Source: Prorocentrum cordatum
Lineage: Eukaryota
DNA: 64,000 nt
Direction of reading: 5' to 3'
NCBI GenBank assembly: GCA_963575745.1
Contig: CAUYUJ010000281.1
Location: 434,001 to 498,000 of the forward strand
Made by a program: the position numbers and the translations under genes. Under the pieces are notes generated by a model. It was not told where the DNA came from. It saw only the letters and a program-made list of their open reading frames with translations, and ran no database searches. Positions 1-13,223 of the stretch are shown here, in pieces (position 1 is the stretch's first letter; the number at the start of each line of letters is the position of its first letter).

Positions 1-440
1 AGCCTTGGGGCTTTCTCGGGGGCCCTCGTACTCTCGGAGCCTCCAGGGAGGTCCGACAAGCTGTCCGAATCCCGCCCAGCAGTTGCCAAGAGTCCCAGGA
101 CAGCCCCAAGAGACCACGCTCTCCCAACTGATGGCTGGAGATCGTTGCAAATAGGGCCCTCTGGGAGGCCCTGCCGGGGCCTCCTGGGGCCTCCGTGGGG
201 CTTTCTCGGGGGCCCTCGCCCTCTCGGAGCCTCCAGGGACGTCCGACAAGCTGTCCGGATCCCGCCCAGCAGCTGCCAAGGCCAAGGGTCCCAGGACAGC
301 CCCAAGAGACCACGCTCTCCCAACTGAGGCTGGATAACGTGGCAAATCGGGGCCAACCGGGAAGCCCTACCGGGCCTCCTGAGGTCTCCTTGGGGCTTCC
401 TCGGGGGAACCTCGCCCTCTCAGGGCCTCAGCAGGAGCTC
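1..440. repeat. ~190-bp tandem repeat, about 2.3 copies visible (runs off the window start)
   Basis: The block ctttctcggggg...gtccgacaagctgtccg...tcccaggacagccccaagagaccacgctctcccaactga starts at ~11 and again at ~201; a third degenerate copy starts near 390. Confidence 0.85.
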
Positions 441-544
441 CCTGACGTTCGCTGCATACCGTTTGGCCCTTAGAGATGGATGCCCGACCAAGGCCATCCA
501 ACAGGGGACCTTCCACCCCTTCAGGAAGCGGATCGTCTAAGAGT

Positions 545-1445
<901 letters not shown>

Positions 1446-1739
1446 CCCCGTGGTGGCCAGACCGGGCGGGTGCATCCTGGAAGCCCGTGCTGCGCCCGTC
1501 TCGCAAGGGTGGGCGCCCCCACCCTGCCCGCGGCAAGGCCGAGAGGCCTGCACACTCACGTGCCCAGCGCATCGCTGGTCCTGAATGTTCCTCTGGTCGG
1601 CCCTCGCCCCTCCGCCTCCTCCTCCAGCTCCTCCTTTTTTCCTCTTTTTGCCGTGGTTCCCGATGAGCCTCCTCATGACCGCGCCCAATGCTTCGTTCGT
1701 GCCTCCTCCATCCCCGCGCCATCGAGTGGGTACCCGCTG

Positions 1740-4100
1740 ATTCCCCTGTCAGCTGAAGGGTGGCTCCTCACACTCCCTTCTACCGCCCTATCCAATCCTT
1801 TGCCTCCTCCAGCGGTCGTCGCCGCTGGAGGTGCCTGGAGGCACCGTGGCCGCGGCTGTCCAGCCCCCGAAGCTGCCCCGACATGCCGCAGCAGCTTTAT
1901 TTTGATTCGCTCCGTGCCTCCCCCGGCCTGCCCAGATGGTAGCGTGTTCAGGTCCTGTGGAGAGGCCCCATGCCGCTGGGCGGGCCTGCGGGGGGTTAGC
2001 TGCTCCGCGGCCTGAGCAGGTCCGGACGCCCGCGACCGCGATGGCTTGGCGAGACTGGTCACGCGGCGAAGAAAGTTCAGAGGTTGGGCCCATCGTTGGA
2101 CGGATGACGAAGCGTGGACCCTAGTCAATTGAGGTAAGGGTGGTCTGCCACGCCTAATGCCCCATGTCTTTGCTGTTACCTGGAAACGGCGTCGATTGAA
2201 GATCCGACCTGGGTTGCAATCGATTGCTCCGCGGACAAGTCACAGGAAGAGCCTTGGCCAATTCGTCGAGCGCGCGGAGACTTGCGCAAGAGGCCTCGGC
2301 TCCGCGCAAGAGCGTGGCCCTCGAACTTAGGTGTCGACCTCGCCGTGGGCAATTTAAGTGCCGCAAGTCGTGTCGCCCGGCACGCGAGAACGCATGGGTC
2401 GAACCGCATTAACTCAGGGCGCCTTACGGCACCTACGGAGTCCGGGGTCGATGAGGCTGAACTGCGCCAGTTGCATCTCAGGCGCCGGCCCCGCGGCGAC
2501 AACCGTTCTCGCTCTATTGAGGACCCGCAAGGGCGGGCCCGGCGTCTAAGATTGCATGGCGTGCCCACGCAGATAGATCCGCACACCTTTCCCCATCTCG
2601 CTGCTGCCCCCATCCTGGCGAAGATTTAAAAATGGGGCCGCCGCGCCAGCTGGGAAGCGCTGCCTTTGTGGACCATGCGCGCACTGGCCTCTCATTCCCC
2701 GAAATTCTTGGAGAGCAAAATCTGCGGAAACTAATCTTGAGGCAGGAGCCAACGTAGATTTGTCGGTCGCCCGGCAGGTCATCCACCCACAGCCTCTCCG
2801 TAGATACCGGCATTCTGCAGTCTTTCTGTGCCACTGTTTGGGCCGGGCGGGAGTTGCAGCAGGCAGGTTATGAGGCGCCTCGGTTCGACTGCGGCAGCCC
2901 AACCGATGGCGTCGCAGCGCCCCCCGATGCCCCTTTGGCCCCGCGCAGAGGAGTGTTGGAGCAGACACTTCGCTCCGTTCGCCGGCTTTCCCGCTTCTGC
3001 TCCCCGGCGACTCCTGAAAGATCCGCAAGCGGGCACCACTCTTTTTCGCTGCGGGCGCCCCCCTACAGTGCGGGGGGCGTTTTCGCCGAAGCGGGCAGCC
3101 TTTGTCCCCCGGCTGGCAGCGGGGGGCGTCATCAAACTGGGAGCTGGTGGACCTGTTTGCGGCCCTCTGGGGTCCGTGCCTCGCATTACCCGCGCCCTTC
3201 CCCAGAACAGAGCGTGGCCCTTCGCCGTCATCGAACACGGCCCACAGGCAGGCCATTCACTCCGACCTGGGCCTAGTCCGCTTGAGGAGGGCCCCGTGGA
3301 GCCATCCTCCCAGAGGCACCACATGTACGCAGGCATCCGCACCAGGCTCGGGCGGGCCCGCTTCCCCCTAAGCAGCGCCTGGCGATGCCAGTCCCTGGCA
3401 CCCCGTAAGACGGACGGTGGGCGCGTACTCGGCGCCGCTGTCACGGGCTGGCGTGACGCGGGGGAGGCTGCACCACTCGTCGCCAGAGCCTACCTTCGGG
3501 CCCGCACAGCCGAAGAAGGCCCGGTCCAAATGCAACAAGTCACTGCGCCAGGTATCAAACCGGTGCGCGAGGCCGAAAGATGCACTGCCTCACCCGCCTC
3601 CCACCTCTTTTTCCGCCAGCCCAGGCGCAGGCTAAACCCGGCCCCGAGCGCTGACAGCTGGGCTGGAGGCAGAGGACGCGGGGGGTATCACGAGGCTCCT
3701 GGGCGGCCGAGGTTATTGGACCTGCCAGGATTGCCAGCGGCGCAGCACCAGAAGTCGATCGTCCTGCCCCGAAAGGCTCGCCCCCCGGCCCCCCTCCCGT
3801 TGCTGAAGGATGCGGGGGTGCCCATCTCCGCTCCCTGTTCCATGACCAGCGTGGCCACAACCTTTTCGTGCCAGAGCACCCTACTGGCATTTTAATCATC
3901 TGTAAAGCGTGTGGCAACTACTCGGAAGGTGCGCGCGCGGTCAAATTAGAGGACAGATGCCCCCTGCCCGAGGCTCTTGCCGAGCGGGAACCAATTGGAA
4001 TAGGGCGTGCAAGGGGCAGTCCCCTAATCACCGGCGCGGGAACGGGGTGATTCTTGGCGATCTGATACCCTTCAGCACGCTGCTCGCGCTCCGTAGTGAA
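1740..4100 (+). mobile_element. Heavily decayed LINE ORF2 remnant
   Basis: Scattered frameshifted peptides resemble LINE ORF2 parts: FYRPIQSF (RT RPI-like, ~1780), VWAGRELQQAGY...CG (~2840), YWTCQDC (~3715) and GHNLF...LIICKACGNYS (3853-3925), a Cys-rich C-terminal tail. No intact catalytic motif was found. Confidence 0.4.
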
Positions 4101-5712
4101 TTGACCCCCCGGCGATCCAGGCCCCCTCTTCCTCCCCTTCCTCTCCCGCCGCCGCCCTTCCGCCTGCTGCTGCGAGCTCTGCCATTGCCGCTGAGCACAG
4201 TCGCAATATTGGAGTCACTGGTGCTGAAATTCATCCGCTTCTTGCCGACAGCGAAGCTGCTGACTTTTTATTCGCCTCGGGCACTGCTTTTTCCAGCGCT
4301 CTATTGCCGCCAGCTCAAGAGGGCGGTGGCGCCTGCGCCCGCGGGGGCACTGCTGGGGCTGTTGCCCGGCGGCCTGTCCCAGAGCCTACTTGTTCGTCGG
4401 AGGCCAGGCTCCCCGCGCGGTGCGCAAGCTCTGGCACAGGAGGTAGGCCGCCGCGAGCCTGAGCCGACTCCGCTCGAAGGGAAGGGGTCTTCCAATCCAG
4501 GGTGCGCCGTCTTTAAAGAGCTGCGGGAGGCAGTGGGCGGAGAGCACTGGCTAGCGCGGGCCTGAATGGGCCCGCGCGCCGGCGGCGGACTGGCAGAGCA
4601 GCCGCGAAGGTATGATCGGGTTTCCTGAATTCGCGTGCGTTGTTTAAAGTCCTCCATGTCTCACACGTTGTCATTCAGCTCCGCCGCTTGCCGCCCTCCC
4701 ACCATCATGCCTCGGCCTTTCCGGCGGGTTTGCCACCAACGCAGCGCCCCCTTACCTGCATCCCCTCTCTCACCCGAGCCAGTCCCAACCCCGCCGCCCA
4801 CTTCTCCACAGGCCGCCCTCCGCCGCGATCCTGCGGGCACTCTGTTTGAAGAGTGATAACCTGTGCAGCCCCCCGTTTGAGGGGGGGCAGGGCGGCCTTA
4901 ATCCAGCGGGGCAAGAGAAGGTAGCCAAACGGCCGCCACTCCTGTCATTTTTATTTTTTCTTCCGCCGGCACCGATTTTGAGCGCTCCGAGGAGGAAAAC
5001 AGCCCAACAAGGTCGCCTTTTATGCGAGGGGGGGTCCGCCCTACCTTAAGTGTGTAGGGCAACGCTGGCCTCGGCGAAATCAAATAATAAACCACGACAA
5101 CAAGGGCAGCGAAGGTAATGTTACTCTAGACCGGCTTTTTCCCCAAGGCGCGCGCCGAGGAAATGTTACTTAAGACCGGTTTTTTCCTCGATGCCCGCTT
5201 CTGGGTCGATCAGATGGAAAACTGCTTTAACAGTTTTAACGCAGGCTGGGCCTGCATTCAGAGCTGGCAGCACGAGAGGTCATGTGGGTTTGGGCGTCCG
5301 AGTGGAAGAGGGGGGAGGGAAAGGAGGGGGAGGAGGGGGAAAAAGGGGAGGAGAGGTCATGCGCCAAGCATGGTCAGCCCCTGCCTAAACAGGGCTGCCA
5401 CGTGAGGCATGGCTATCTTGAGTCTAACCTCTCCTCCTCCTCACCATCATCCCGCTGGCTCCCACTGCTCGCCCCCCCTTGCGATTTTCCTCTTACCTCC
5501 TTCTCCCCCGCCCGAGGGCCGGGAGCCCGAGCCGGCGTTCGATGTGGGGCTGCTAACCAGGGCGGGTCCTCGTTAGCATCCCCCGCAAACAGGCTGCGAG
5601 TTGGGGTCTCCCCAAGCAATGGGCTCCCCATTGGCAATCCCAAATGCGGCCAACGGCCCCGAGGGACTGCCCAATGGTGGCCCGCTCGCTGTCCTGGCAG
5701 TTTGGTCAGTGA

Positions 5713-6545
5713 TCCTCCTCCTCCTCCTCTCCTCCTCCTCCTCCTCCTCCTCCTCCTCCTCCTCCTCCTCCCTCCTCCCTCCTCCTCCTCCTCCTCCTCC
5801 TCCTCCTCCTCCTCCTCCTCCTCCTCCTCTCCTCCTCCTCCTCCTCCTCCTCCTCCTCCTCCTCCTCCTCCTCCTCCTCCCTCCTCCTCCTCCTCCTCCT
5901 CCTGCTCCTCCTCCTCTCCTCCTCCTCCACCTCCTCCTCCCCTCCTCCTCCTCCTCCTCCTCCTCTCCTCCTCCTCCTCCTCCTCCTCCTCCTCCTCCTC
6001 CTCCTCCTCCTCCTCCTCCTCCTCCTCCTCCTCCTCCTCCACCTCCTCCTCTCCTCCTCCTCCACCCCTCCTCCTCCTCCTCCTCCTCCTCCTCCCCTCC
6101 TCCTCCTCCTCCTACTCCTCTCCTCCTCCTCCCCTCCTCCTCCCCCTCCTCCTCCTCCCCTCCTCCTCCTCCTCCTCCTCCCCCTCCTCCCCTCCTCCTC
6201 CTCCTCCTCCTCCTCGTCTCCTCCTCCTCCTCCTCCCCTCCCCTCCTCCTCCTCCTCCTCCTCCTCCTCTCCTCCTCCTCCTCCTCCCCCTCCCCCTCCT
6301 CCTCCTCCTCCTCCTCCTCCTCTCTCCTCCTCCTCCTCCTCCTCCTCCTCCTCTCCTCCTCCTCCTCATCCTCCTCCACCTCCTTCCTCCTCCTCCGTTT
6401 CCCCTCCTCCTCCTCCTCGCTTTCTCCTCTTTCTCCTCCCTCCTCCTCCTCCTCCTCCTCCTCCCTCCTCCTCCTCCTTCTCCTCCTCCTCCTCCTCCTC
6501 CTCCCTCCTTCCCTCTCCTCCTTCCCTCCTCCTCCTCCTCCTCCG
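5713..6545. repeat. (CCT)n microsatellite, ~830 bp, degenerate
   Basis: Directly visible. Confidence 0.95.
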
Positions 6546-6823
6546 ATCCTCACCCGATGGGCGCCGAAGAGCCCCTCACCATGGCGCGAACGTGGGCGAC
6601 GATCAGAGACAGTGGGGGCGAACAGTCCAGAGGGCAGCAATGCATGTAATTATCCAGGGACGCCGGTGGTTGATGTCTTCGGCGAGGCTCTCCGACGCAT
6701 GCGTGTAAGGCGCGCTCCTGAAAAACAACCCTCCGGACCTATAGACCCATCTGGACTGCTTGGAACCTCGACTGGATCTTGGATGGTGAGGTTTCGGTGC
6801 TATGGTTTAGCACTCGAGGATTC

Positions 6824-7040
6824 AGGCCTCCCAGATGGGGTCCGAGAAGATGGGGTCGGGGGATCACGCCGTATCGCCGATGCATCGGCGATGCACTGGC
6901 GACGTCGGCGATACATCGGTGATGTCGGCATGGAGAGAAGTGGGCCCCGCATCGAGCCGCATCGGCGATGCAGCGCCGATGCAGCGGAGATGCGGCACGA
7001 TCCTCCGGCCCCGTCCACTCCGACCCCATCATGGAGGCCT
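6824..7040. mobile_element. MITE with ~42-bp imperfect terminal inverted repeats (TIRs) and internal catcggcgat repeats
   Basis: Left end aggcctcccagatggggtccgagaagatggggtcgggggatc matches the reverse complement of the right end, aggcctccatgatggggtcggagtggacggggccggaggatc. Confidence 0.75.
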
Positions 7041-7049
7041 AGAGAGGAA

Positions 7050-7262
7050 GGCCTGCGGGCAATATTTATATCCATAACCAGTGCGTCTTGGACTTTCTTG
7101 GAAGGGGCGCCGCAAGGCCGAGGCGCACTGGATAGGGATAAAAATCCAGCCTTTTTGGAGGCAGATTATAATCCATATCCAGTGCGCCTCATGTTTCTTG
7201 GGAAGAGAGTCCGAAACTCCAAGACGCACTGGATGTGGATATAGACATTGCCCGCAAGGTCT
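7050..7262. mobile_element. MITE with ~42-bp TIRs
   Basis: Left cctgcgggcaatatttatatccataaccagtgcgtcttgga versus reverse-complemented right ccttgcgggcaatgtctatatccacatccagtgcgtcttgga. Confidence 0.8.
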
Positions 7263-7649
7263 CGGGTGACCCCCCACCCGCCTCCCGCGGTGTGCAGAGC
7301 TGGCCTCTGGCCTCCTCGTGCGTCTGCCGCGGGCCTCCCATGGGGCCTCTTGAAGGCCGCGCGGGGTGCCTCCGCGGGCCTGCCAAGGGGCCTCTGCAGT
7401 GGAGCCTGCGCTGGCCACCCGGGGGCCTCCTCCTCCACCTCCTCCTCCCTCCTCCTCCCTCCTCCTCCTCCTCCTCCTCCTCCTCCTCCTCCTCCTCCTC
7501 CTCCTCCTCCTCCTCCTCCTCCTCCTGCTCCTCTTCCTCCTCCTCCTTCTCCCCCTTCTGCTCCCCCTCCCCCTCTGGTGGAACCTGCGCCGGTCACCCG
7601 GCCTGCAGAGGCCCCATGGGGCGCGTGTCCGGGAGCGCCAGCGTCCAGA

Positions 7650-7840
7650 GGCCCCAGACCCCCTCGAGTCATGAAAAAAATCACGGCGGGAGGTTTTTCT
7701 ATGTTTTCGGCCTCCAGGGGCCCTTACCGGCCCTCGGGGCCGTCAAAGAACGACTCGGGGTGGAGAACCGGTCCCGGCGGATAGGTCCGGACCTCTGGGG
7801 GTCGTGTCATGAAAAAATCATGACGTCGGGGGTCTGGGGC
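7650..7840 (-). mobile_element. Dispersed repeat family D, inverted copy
   Basis: Reverse complement shares ccgacgtc.tgattttttca...accggtt.t.ca.cc..agtcgtt.tttgacgg.cccgagg.cc with copies at 34928, 44778, 56346 and 57515. Confidence 0.7.
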
Positions 7841-7930
7841 CACAGCCACGCCGTCGTCGTCGCCGTCGCGGTCGTCGCCGTCGTTGTCGTCGTCGTCGTC
7901 GTCGGCGTCGATCGTCGCCGCCGTTGTCGC

Positions 7931-7962
<32 letters not shown>

Positions 7963-8522
7963 TCGTCGCCGCCGTCGCTGTCGTCGTCGGTCGTCGGTCG
8001 TCGGTCGTCGATCGTCGTCGTCTCCGTGAAGGTCGTCGCCGAGCGTCGAGCGTCGATCGTCGATCGTCCAGCGTGGCCGGGGCGCTCGTCCGCAGGCGGT
8101 GGCCGCTCGCTCGCTCGTCGGGCCTCCGCGCCGCGCGCCGCGCGCGGAGCGCAGGATGAGGTCCGGCCAGTGTGCCCTCTTGCGGGCGGACTTGCCGACG
8201 CCAGCTGGAGCATCGTCAGTGGCATGCCCCGACATGGCCACGGATAGGGGAGGAGTCGCCCTAAAGCCTATGTGCCTTTACTGTGTGTGGTGCTGTCCTC
8301 CTTTTCTTTCCCATCTGTGTTTAGCATCTATTGTTGCTCCCACGTTTGATTGTTCCTCCTGTAGAGGGGTAGGCCCGACGTAAGCGCAGAAGGGCGCTGG
8401 TCTCTCGCGGCCTGGCGCGCTTGGCGCCCGGGAGGGAGCCGGCTCTGCGGCCAAGGCCCCTGGGCGCGAGGAGCGACTGCCCTCGCTCAAAAACCAGAAG
8501 GCAGAGAAAGACCCCACCCCAT

Positions 8523-8940
8523 CCGAGGGGCAACGAGAGGGGGGGGCGATAGGCATACTCCAAAACCCTTATGCATCGTCCCCCGAGTCCGGTTTTTAGG
8601 GGCGCCTTTTTTGTAACTGGGGGGGTCCGGTTTATTAGGACGCCTTCTTTGGATTGGAGTTTAGAGGGCCCGGTTTATCAAGGCGCCCCGCCGAAGAGGG
8701 GGGTCCGGAATATTAGGTCGCATTTGGAGGGGGGTCCCGTTTTTTTAGGGGGGGTCGATTCATAAGGGATTTGGAGTAGGGGGGGGGATGCATCGACCTG
8801 GAATCGGCGATACACCGTCGACTGACCGGCGATAGGCCCCCGATAGCGACTCCGCACCTTCCTGGGCGGGGTGGGGCTATCGGGCCCCCGTCGGCGATCA
8901 ATGGGCGATTGGGGGTATCCCCCACAATCGTTGCCCCCGG
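8523..8940. mobile_element. TIR element flanked by CCAT on both sides, carrying a nested MITE
   Basis: Ends ccgaggggcaacga and tcgttgcccccgg are inverted; CCAT at 8519-8522 and 8941-8944. Confidence 0.65.
8558..8776. mobile_element. Stowaway/Tc1-mariner-like MITE, TA target-site duplication
   Basis: TA|ctccaaaacccttatgcatcgtccccc ... gggggtcgattcataagggatttggag|TA, with internal gggtccggtttattagg-like subrepeats. Confidence 0.85.
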
Positions 8941-9240
8941 CCATCCGTCTACGGCCCCACGGGGCTCAGCGTCTACCAAGAGAGCTGGCGCAGTTTTTGC
9001 GTGGTATGCGCTACGGCGCCCGAGGGGACGTAGCGCTATATGGAGCGCCGCAGGTGGGGTGATGTCGCGTGTTGTGTTTTTTTGTCGACGTTCCCCCTGC
9101 GGGCGGCACGGGGGAGGGATGGGGAAGCCGGGACTCTGACGCCACGGGGCGCCCGGGGTCAGACAGGGGTCCGCAACCTCGCCTGCGGGCCACAGCTTTT
9201 GCCAGAGGCTACCCAGGTGGCCTAGCGTTGCGAGAGAAAT

Positions 9241-9245
9241 CGTCG

Positions 9246-9313
<68 letters not shown>

Positions 9314-9334
9314 ATCATCATCATCATCACCCTG

Positions 9335-9410
<76 letters not shown>

Positions 9411-9411
9411 G

Positions 9412-9443
<32 letters not shown>

Positions 9444-9590
9444 GCATCATCATCATCATCATTTCATCATCCTCATCCTCATCCTCATCCTCATCATCAC
9501 CCTCATCATCATCATCATCATCACCCTAATCATCATTCTTCATCATCCTCATCCTCATCCTCGTCCTCATCCTCATCCTCATCATCACCC

Positions 9591-9621
<31 letters not shown>

Positions 9622-9812
9622 TATCATCATCATCACAATCACCATCACCATCACCATCACCATCACCATCATCATCATCATCATCATCATCAGCATCATC
9701 ATCCTCATCCTCATCCTCATCCTCATCATCATCATCATCATCATCATCATCACCCTAATCATCGTCATCATCTTCGTCATCCTCATCCTCATCCTCATGC
9801 TCATCCTCATCA
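9241..9812. repeat. (CAT)n / (CATCCT)n microsatellite
   Basis: Directly visible. Confidence 0.95.
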
Positions 9813-10540
9813 GCAGGCGCAAAATCGGTCGGCCTCGCATCCGCAAATCGGGCCGACTCGGATCAAGCAGGCGGGGTCGCGCCGCATCGGCACGGGAGCC
9901 GGAGCCGCACCGGGTCGGCCGCGCCAGGCTGCACAATGCAGCGCCGTGCAGCCGTCGGGGCGCATCGGCCGAGAGCAATCCGCCATCGAGTAGGGTCGGG
10001 CCGGCCGGGATCGGTGTCGAAGCGGGTGGATCGGACCGAAGTGGACCTCGGAGAGGTGGAGAAAGGAGGGGGGCTGGATGAGGAGGGGAGGATGACGACC
10101 AGTCAGATGAGTCCTACTCTGCCTTGCTCTGCCCTCCCAGCGAGCGATGACAGGCGGGCGCGGGCCCGCAAGAGGGAGGCCCCGTCTATCTGCCCCCTGC
10201 TCCCGCTGTTGCTGCCGCTGCCTTTCATCGCGCTGCACTCTCGGCGGGGTATGAAGAAAGCGGAGGAGCGAGTGGGCGGGAAGGGGAGAGCAATTTTCTC
10301 ACGGGCAAGATGTGTGATTCCAGTTGGCCGGTGATTTTTCCCATGGCCAAGGTTGCTCGGGGAATCTCACACAGCAAATGCGGTGCAGATGCGGAGGGGT
10401 GTCGTGCTTCTGGAAGCCGAGCCAAGGCCCGCGCTTCCTCCTGGGCGCCTCTCACAAGAGAGGTTGCCCCTGAACAGCCCCTCCTCCGACGCCTCGTAAG
10501 AACTTCTTGGGAGCCTGGCATACATGGTGCCTCTTAAGAT

Positions 10541-10695
10541 TTGGTCCGGCATGTCCTCCTAGAGGCGGATTCGGAAAGAACAACAAAAACAGCCAAACCA
10601 AGAATCACAAACAGTCAGAAGAGCAAGACAAATCGTCACCTGACCATTTTCCCTATTCTTGAATATTCCTCCTGTAGAGGGACATGCCCGTCTTA
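10541..10695. mobile_element. MITE family C, copy 1 (~155 bp)
   Basis: Right TIR aatattcctcctgtagagggacatgcccgtctta is shared with the copies at 14613-14768 and 35130-35286; the left TIR is degenerate. Confidence 0.65.
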
Positions 10696-10719
10696 GTGCT
10701 AAGGGCTTATTACAGAACA

Positions 10720-11105
10720 TATCTGGCGAACATTACGAGCCGTTCTGGCGCCTCTTGGCCGTCTGCCTGCTCAAGCTATACATGGCGCCACCAAGCACCT
10801 CTGTGGCGCCATTGAAACAAGTAGGGGGGCCTCTCTGGCGCGTCAAAAAAAAAGCTCGTTCAAGCCTCGCAGGCGTCTCGGAAGATCCATCTGGCGCCTT
10901 TCAACAGTTTCTGCGAGCGTCTCTGGCGTGCCCGAAAAAACTATGTGTGCCTCTGTGGCGCCTCTTAACAGCCTCTGTGGCGCCCCAATCAACAACATTC
11001 AAAATCGTTTCGGGGCCTCTTGGACGACTCGGCGGTCCCTCTTGCGAGCCGCTTTTTGGGGCCTCTGCGGCGCCGCTGACACACATCTTGGGGCCCCTCA
11101 GAGGC
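10720..11105. repeat. Degenerate short-period minisatellite with core ctctgtggcgcc
   Basis: More than ten variants of the (ct)ctgtggcgcc(tctt) core recur at short intervals. Confidence 0.6.
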
Positions 11106-11169
11106 CTATGATGAAGCATTGGGCCGCATCTATTTTTCTTTGGCCGGGCCAAGGACCCAACACTCAAAG

Positions 11170-11430
11170 ACAGCCTGCGGTAGGGGCCAAGAAGTGTGTA
11201 AGGGGTGTGCCGAATGGCGGGGCCGCCATGCGGCCGATGCCGCTGGCGCTGTCGTTGGAGCCCTCTGAGCGGCCAGGAAGTGTGCGAGGGATGTGCCCAC
11301 ATGGGGCGGGGCGGCCATGTGAACGCAGCCGCTGGGGCCCCCGGTGGAGCTCCCTATGGGGCCACGGAGCGTGTGAGTGGTGTGCCAAAATGGGCCGGGG
11401 CCGCCATGCGGACGCAGCCACTTGGGCTGC
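11170..11430 (+). repeat. ~88-bp satellite, about 3 degenerate copies (same family as 15990-16870)
   Basis: Shares gccgctggggccc.cggtggagctccctatggggccacg.a.cgtgtgag.ggtgtgcc.aaatg. Confidence 0.75.
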
Positions 11431-11807
11431 CCTGTCTTGCCGCCCCGAGGCAGGCAAGCAGAGCAGCTGCGAGCGCGAGCAACCATCAGCCAGCCTTGCG
11501 GGGCGAGAGGCGAGAGGTAAAGTCGCATCACTCAATCTCCAATAGGTTGTAACTCTAAATTGGCCAATCTCGTTGTCGAGCAACTCGCAATGTCGAAGCG
11601 TCCAGGCCTCACTCAAATGGCCCAGGATGCCGAGCTGTAAACCGCTGCCTGCAGACATCTGCCGCGATGGTTTGGGAAGCAGAAGCGTTCACCAGGCTGT
11701 CGCACCTGTCTGTCGAATGCTGCTGTACGTTGGCATAGCCCTGCGCTGCCGTGTGAACATTGCATGGGGCATGCATGCCAGGGGTTGACCCGCGAGCTTC
11801 CTCATAT

Positions 11808-11977
11808 AGAGGGGCCCTGGGACACACACACACACACAAACAAATACACACAAATAAAAAAGGGTCCCCATATTTTCCAATGTTCTGGGTTTTCGTCTTC
11901 CCGCACGATTCCCATATTTTCCCATATTTTCTTGGGGATCGACGTTTAATTGTGTCTGTGTTTTTTTGCCATCCTGA
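11808..11977 (+). mobile_element. Dispersed repeat family A, copy 1 (~165 bp, MITE-like)
   Basis: aggggccc..ggacacac...aaatacacacaaat...cccatattt...gatcgacg.ttaattgtgtctgtgt...cctga; five copies in the window. Confidence 0.85.
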
Positions 11978-12167
11978 TCGTAAGACGGGTCCAGTGGCCA
12001 GAGTCCTGGACGGGCACAGGAGCACCTCAGAGTGGCGGCGAGCCCTGGACCCGGGGGGAACGACAGGGGGGGGAGTAGCAACGAGAATTGGGACGATTTT
12101 TCGAGTATGTTCGGGTCCTTGTTGAGTATGTTTTGACATGTTGTTTCATTTTTCGTCGGAAATCCGC

Positions 12168-12225
12168 CTGTACGATGACATGCCCGACCTCATGAATCAG
12201 CTCACGTAGCTGATTTTCCCAGCGC
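12168..12225 (-). CDS. Candidate micro-exon (RWENQLRELIHEVGH VIVQ), containing HExxH
   Basis: AG|G acceptor and CAG|GC donor; open frame in non-repetitive sequence. Confidence 0.35.
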
Positions 12226-13166
12226 CTCACAGCCGGGAGGAGGCGCCCATGTATCGAGGAGTTGTCCCGGTGGCGGGGCCGAAACCAGCTGCCTGCAGCA
12301 GATTGCGTACCCCCCCCCCCCTTTCGTGCGGCCCGATAGACTTCAGGAAGTCTCCACGTACCTCATCGCATGCTATGGGGTAACCCATCCAGCCGCGCTC
12401 GGCCGCGCAAACACCTGACAGGTCTCCCAAAACACCAGTGGCCAAGCCCAAACCCAGGTTGCGGGAGGAGGGCGTGAGGATCCGGACGAGTAGGAGGAGG
12501 AGGAAGAGGAGGAGGAGGAGGGAAGAGGGAAGGGAGGTGGGGTGAAGAATGGGATGGAGGGTCGGTTTCGTCCCGCCCGCTGCGCTCTGTCTTCCCTCCG
12601 TCCTGCTGGCTGTTCTTTCTTGCAAATGGGGTAGTGGGACAGGCGAGGGATACGGTTCGTGGGACATGAGAGGGAAGCGCGGGGGATGCACGGATGCAGG
12701 GATGGGGGGAGGGGGACGTAGAGAGGGCGAGAGGGGAATGGCGAGAGGGAGGTATGGACAGAGGCGAGGCGTGAGGAGGGCGGTCTGTACCGAGGCGAGG
12801 CGAGGCGAGGAGCAGGGAGATGGAGAGGCAAGGGAGGGGGTGGGAGAGGCGCGAGATGGACGGGGGTCAAGTGGGGAGCAGGGGCCCGGGGGCACGAGGA
12901 GGGTCCAGGGACAAGGGAAGGCCCTGACCAGGCCAGAGAAGAGGTATCGGCTCGATCTGGGGCCTCCGCTCGAGGGGGAAGGATTAACGCCGCCGCCGCC
13001 GGCAGCGCCCGCCGCCGACGACGACGCCGGGGGGATCCCCTCGCAAGGCTGAGAGGCCCCACCTCGGTTTGGTCAAAGGCATTCCTTCCCCTCGGTGGCA
13101 GAAGAGGGCATGACAGGAGCGCCGGGGCGAACCGGCGCCCCGCGGGCCCGTCTCCTCCTCGAGCGC

Positions 13167-13223
13167 CTGCGGCGTGAGCACGCGCTGCTCCAGTGCCGCC
13201 CTGATGGCCTCGACGTACTGCTC
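13167..13223 (-). CDS. Candidate micro-exon (EQYVEAIRAALEQRVLTPQ)
   Basis: CAG|G acceptor, CAG|GC donor, 57 nt in phase 0, GC3-rich codons, flanked by low-complexity DNA. Confidence 0.5.
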
